From contig BFEA01000035.1 of NCBI GenBank assembly GCA_003427395.1, positions 2,668,008 to 2,732,007 on the forward strand: a stretch of DNA of 64,000 nucleotides, written 5' to 3'. This document shows positions 61,136 to 64,000 of the stretch, in pieces (within the stretch, counting starts at the first letter, position 1; each line of letters begins with the position of its first letter). The DNA comes from Chara braunii (taxonomy: Eukaryota > Plantae > Charophyceae). The notes beneath the pieces are model-generated. The model did no database searches and was not told where the DNA came from. It saw nothing but the letters and a program-made list of their open reading frames with translations. Position numbers and translations under genes: made by a program.

Positions 61136-64000
<2,865 letters not shown>

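Overview
Repeat-rich eukaryotic DNA, most likely from a charophyte alga such as Chara (inference from plant-type U2/U6 sequence, a flagellar dynein gene, a Gag-bearing Penelope element and dense (GA)n/(CA)n tracts). (1) 1-5352: a minus-strand Penelope-like retroelement (CCHC/coiled-coil ORF, N-terminal GIY-YIG endonuclease, RT running off the window) with a pseudo-LTR that contains a complete type I hammerhead ribozyme (4235-4281). (2) ~8-37.7 kb: a nested stack. An old LTR-family host (H) is interrupted by a MITE-like element, a 6.7-kb non-coding family member (A, 11047-17738) and a 5'-truncated LINE; the LINE is itself split by a ~15.9-kb Ty3/gypsy element (B, 18957-34895). B has a tRNA-Asp-type PBS, a -1 slippery site between protease and RT, and a second Gag-like ORF behind a splice acceptor. 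This LTR family has two unusual features: different host structural-RNA fragments (LSU rRNA mosaic in A, U6 snRNA in B) at the same position after a shared ~500-bp 5' block, and copy-number-variable arrays of a conserved core with variable spacers. (3) 39-48.5 kb: three decayed tandem copies of an unrecognised protein family. (4) 51.6-58.2 kb: first exon of a trypsin-type (S1A) protease, a near-perfect 38-bp hairpin, two U2 snRNA fragments and an intronless DNAI7/CASC1 gene. (5) 61-64 kb: a foldback structure. A Nextera mate-pair adapter is mis-assembled at 44815-44850. All homology calls come from recalled motifs; no searches were run.
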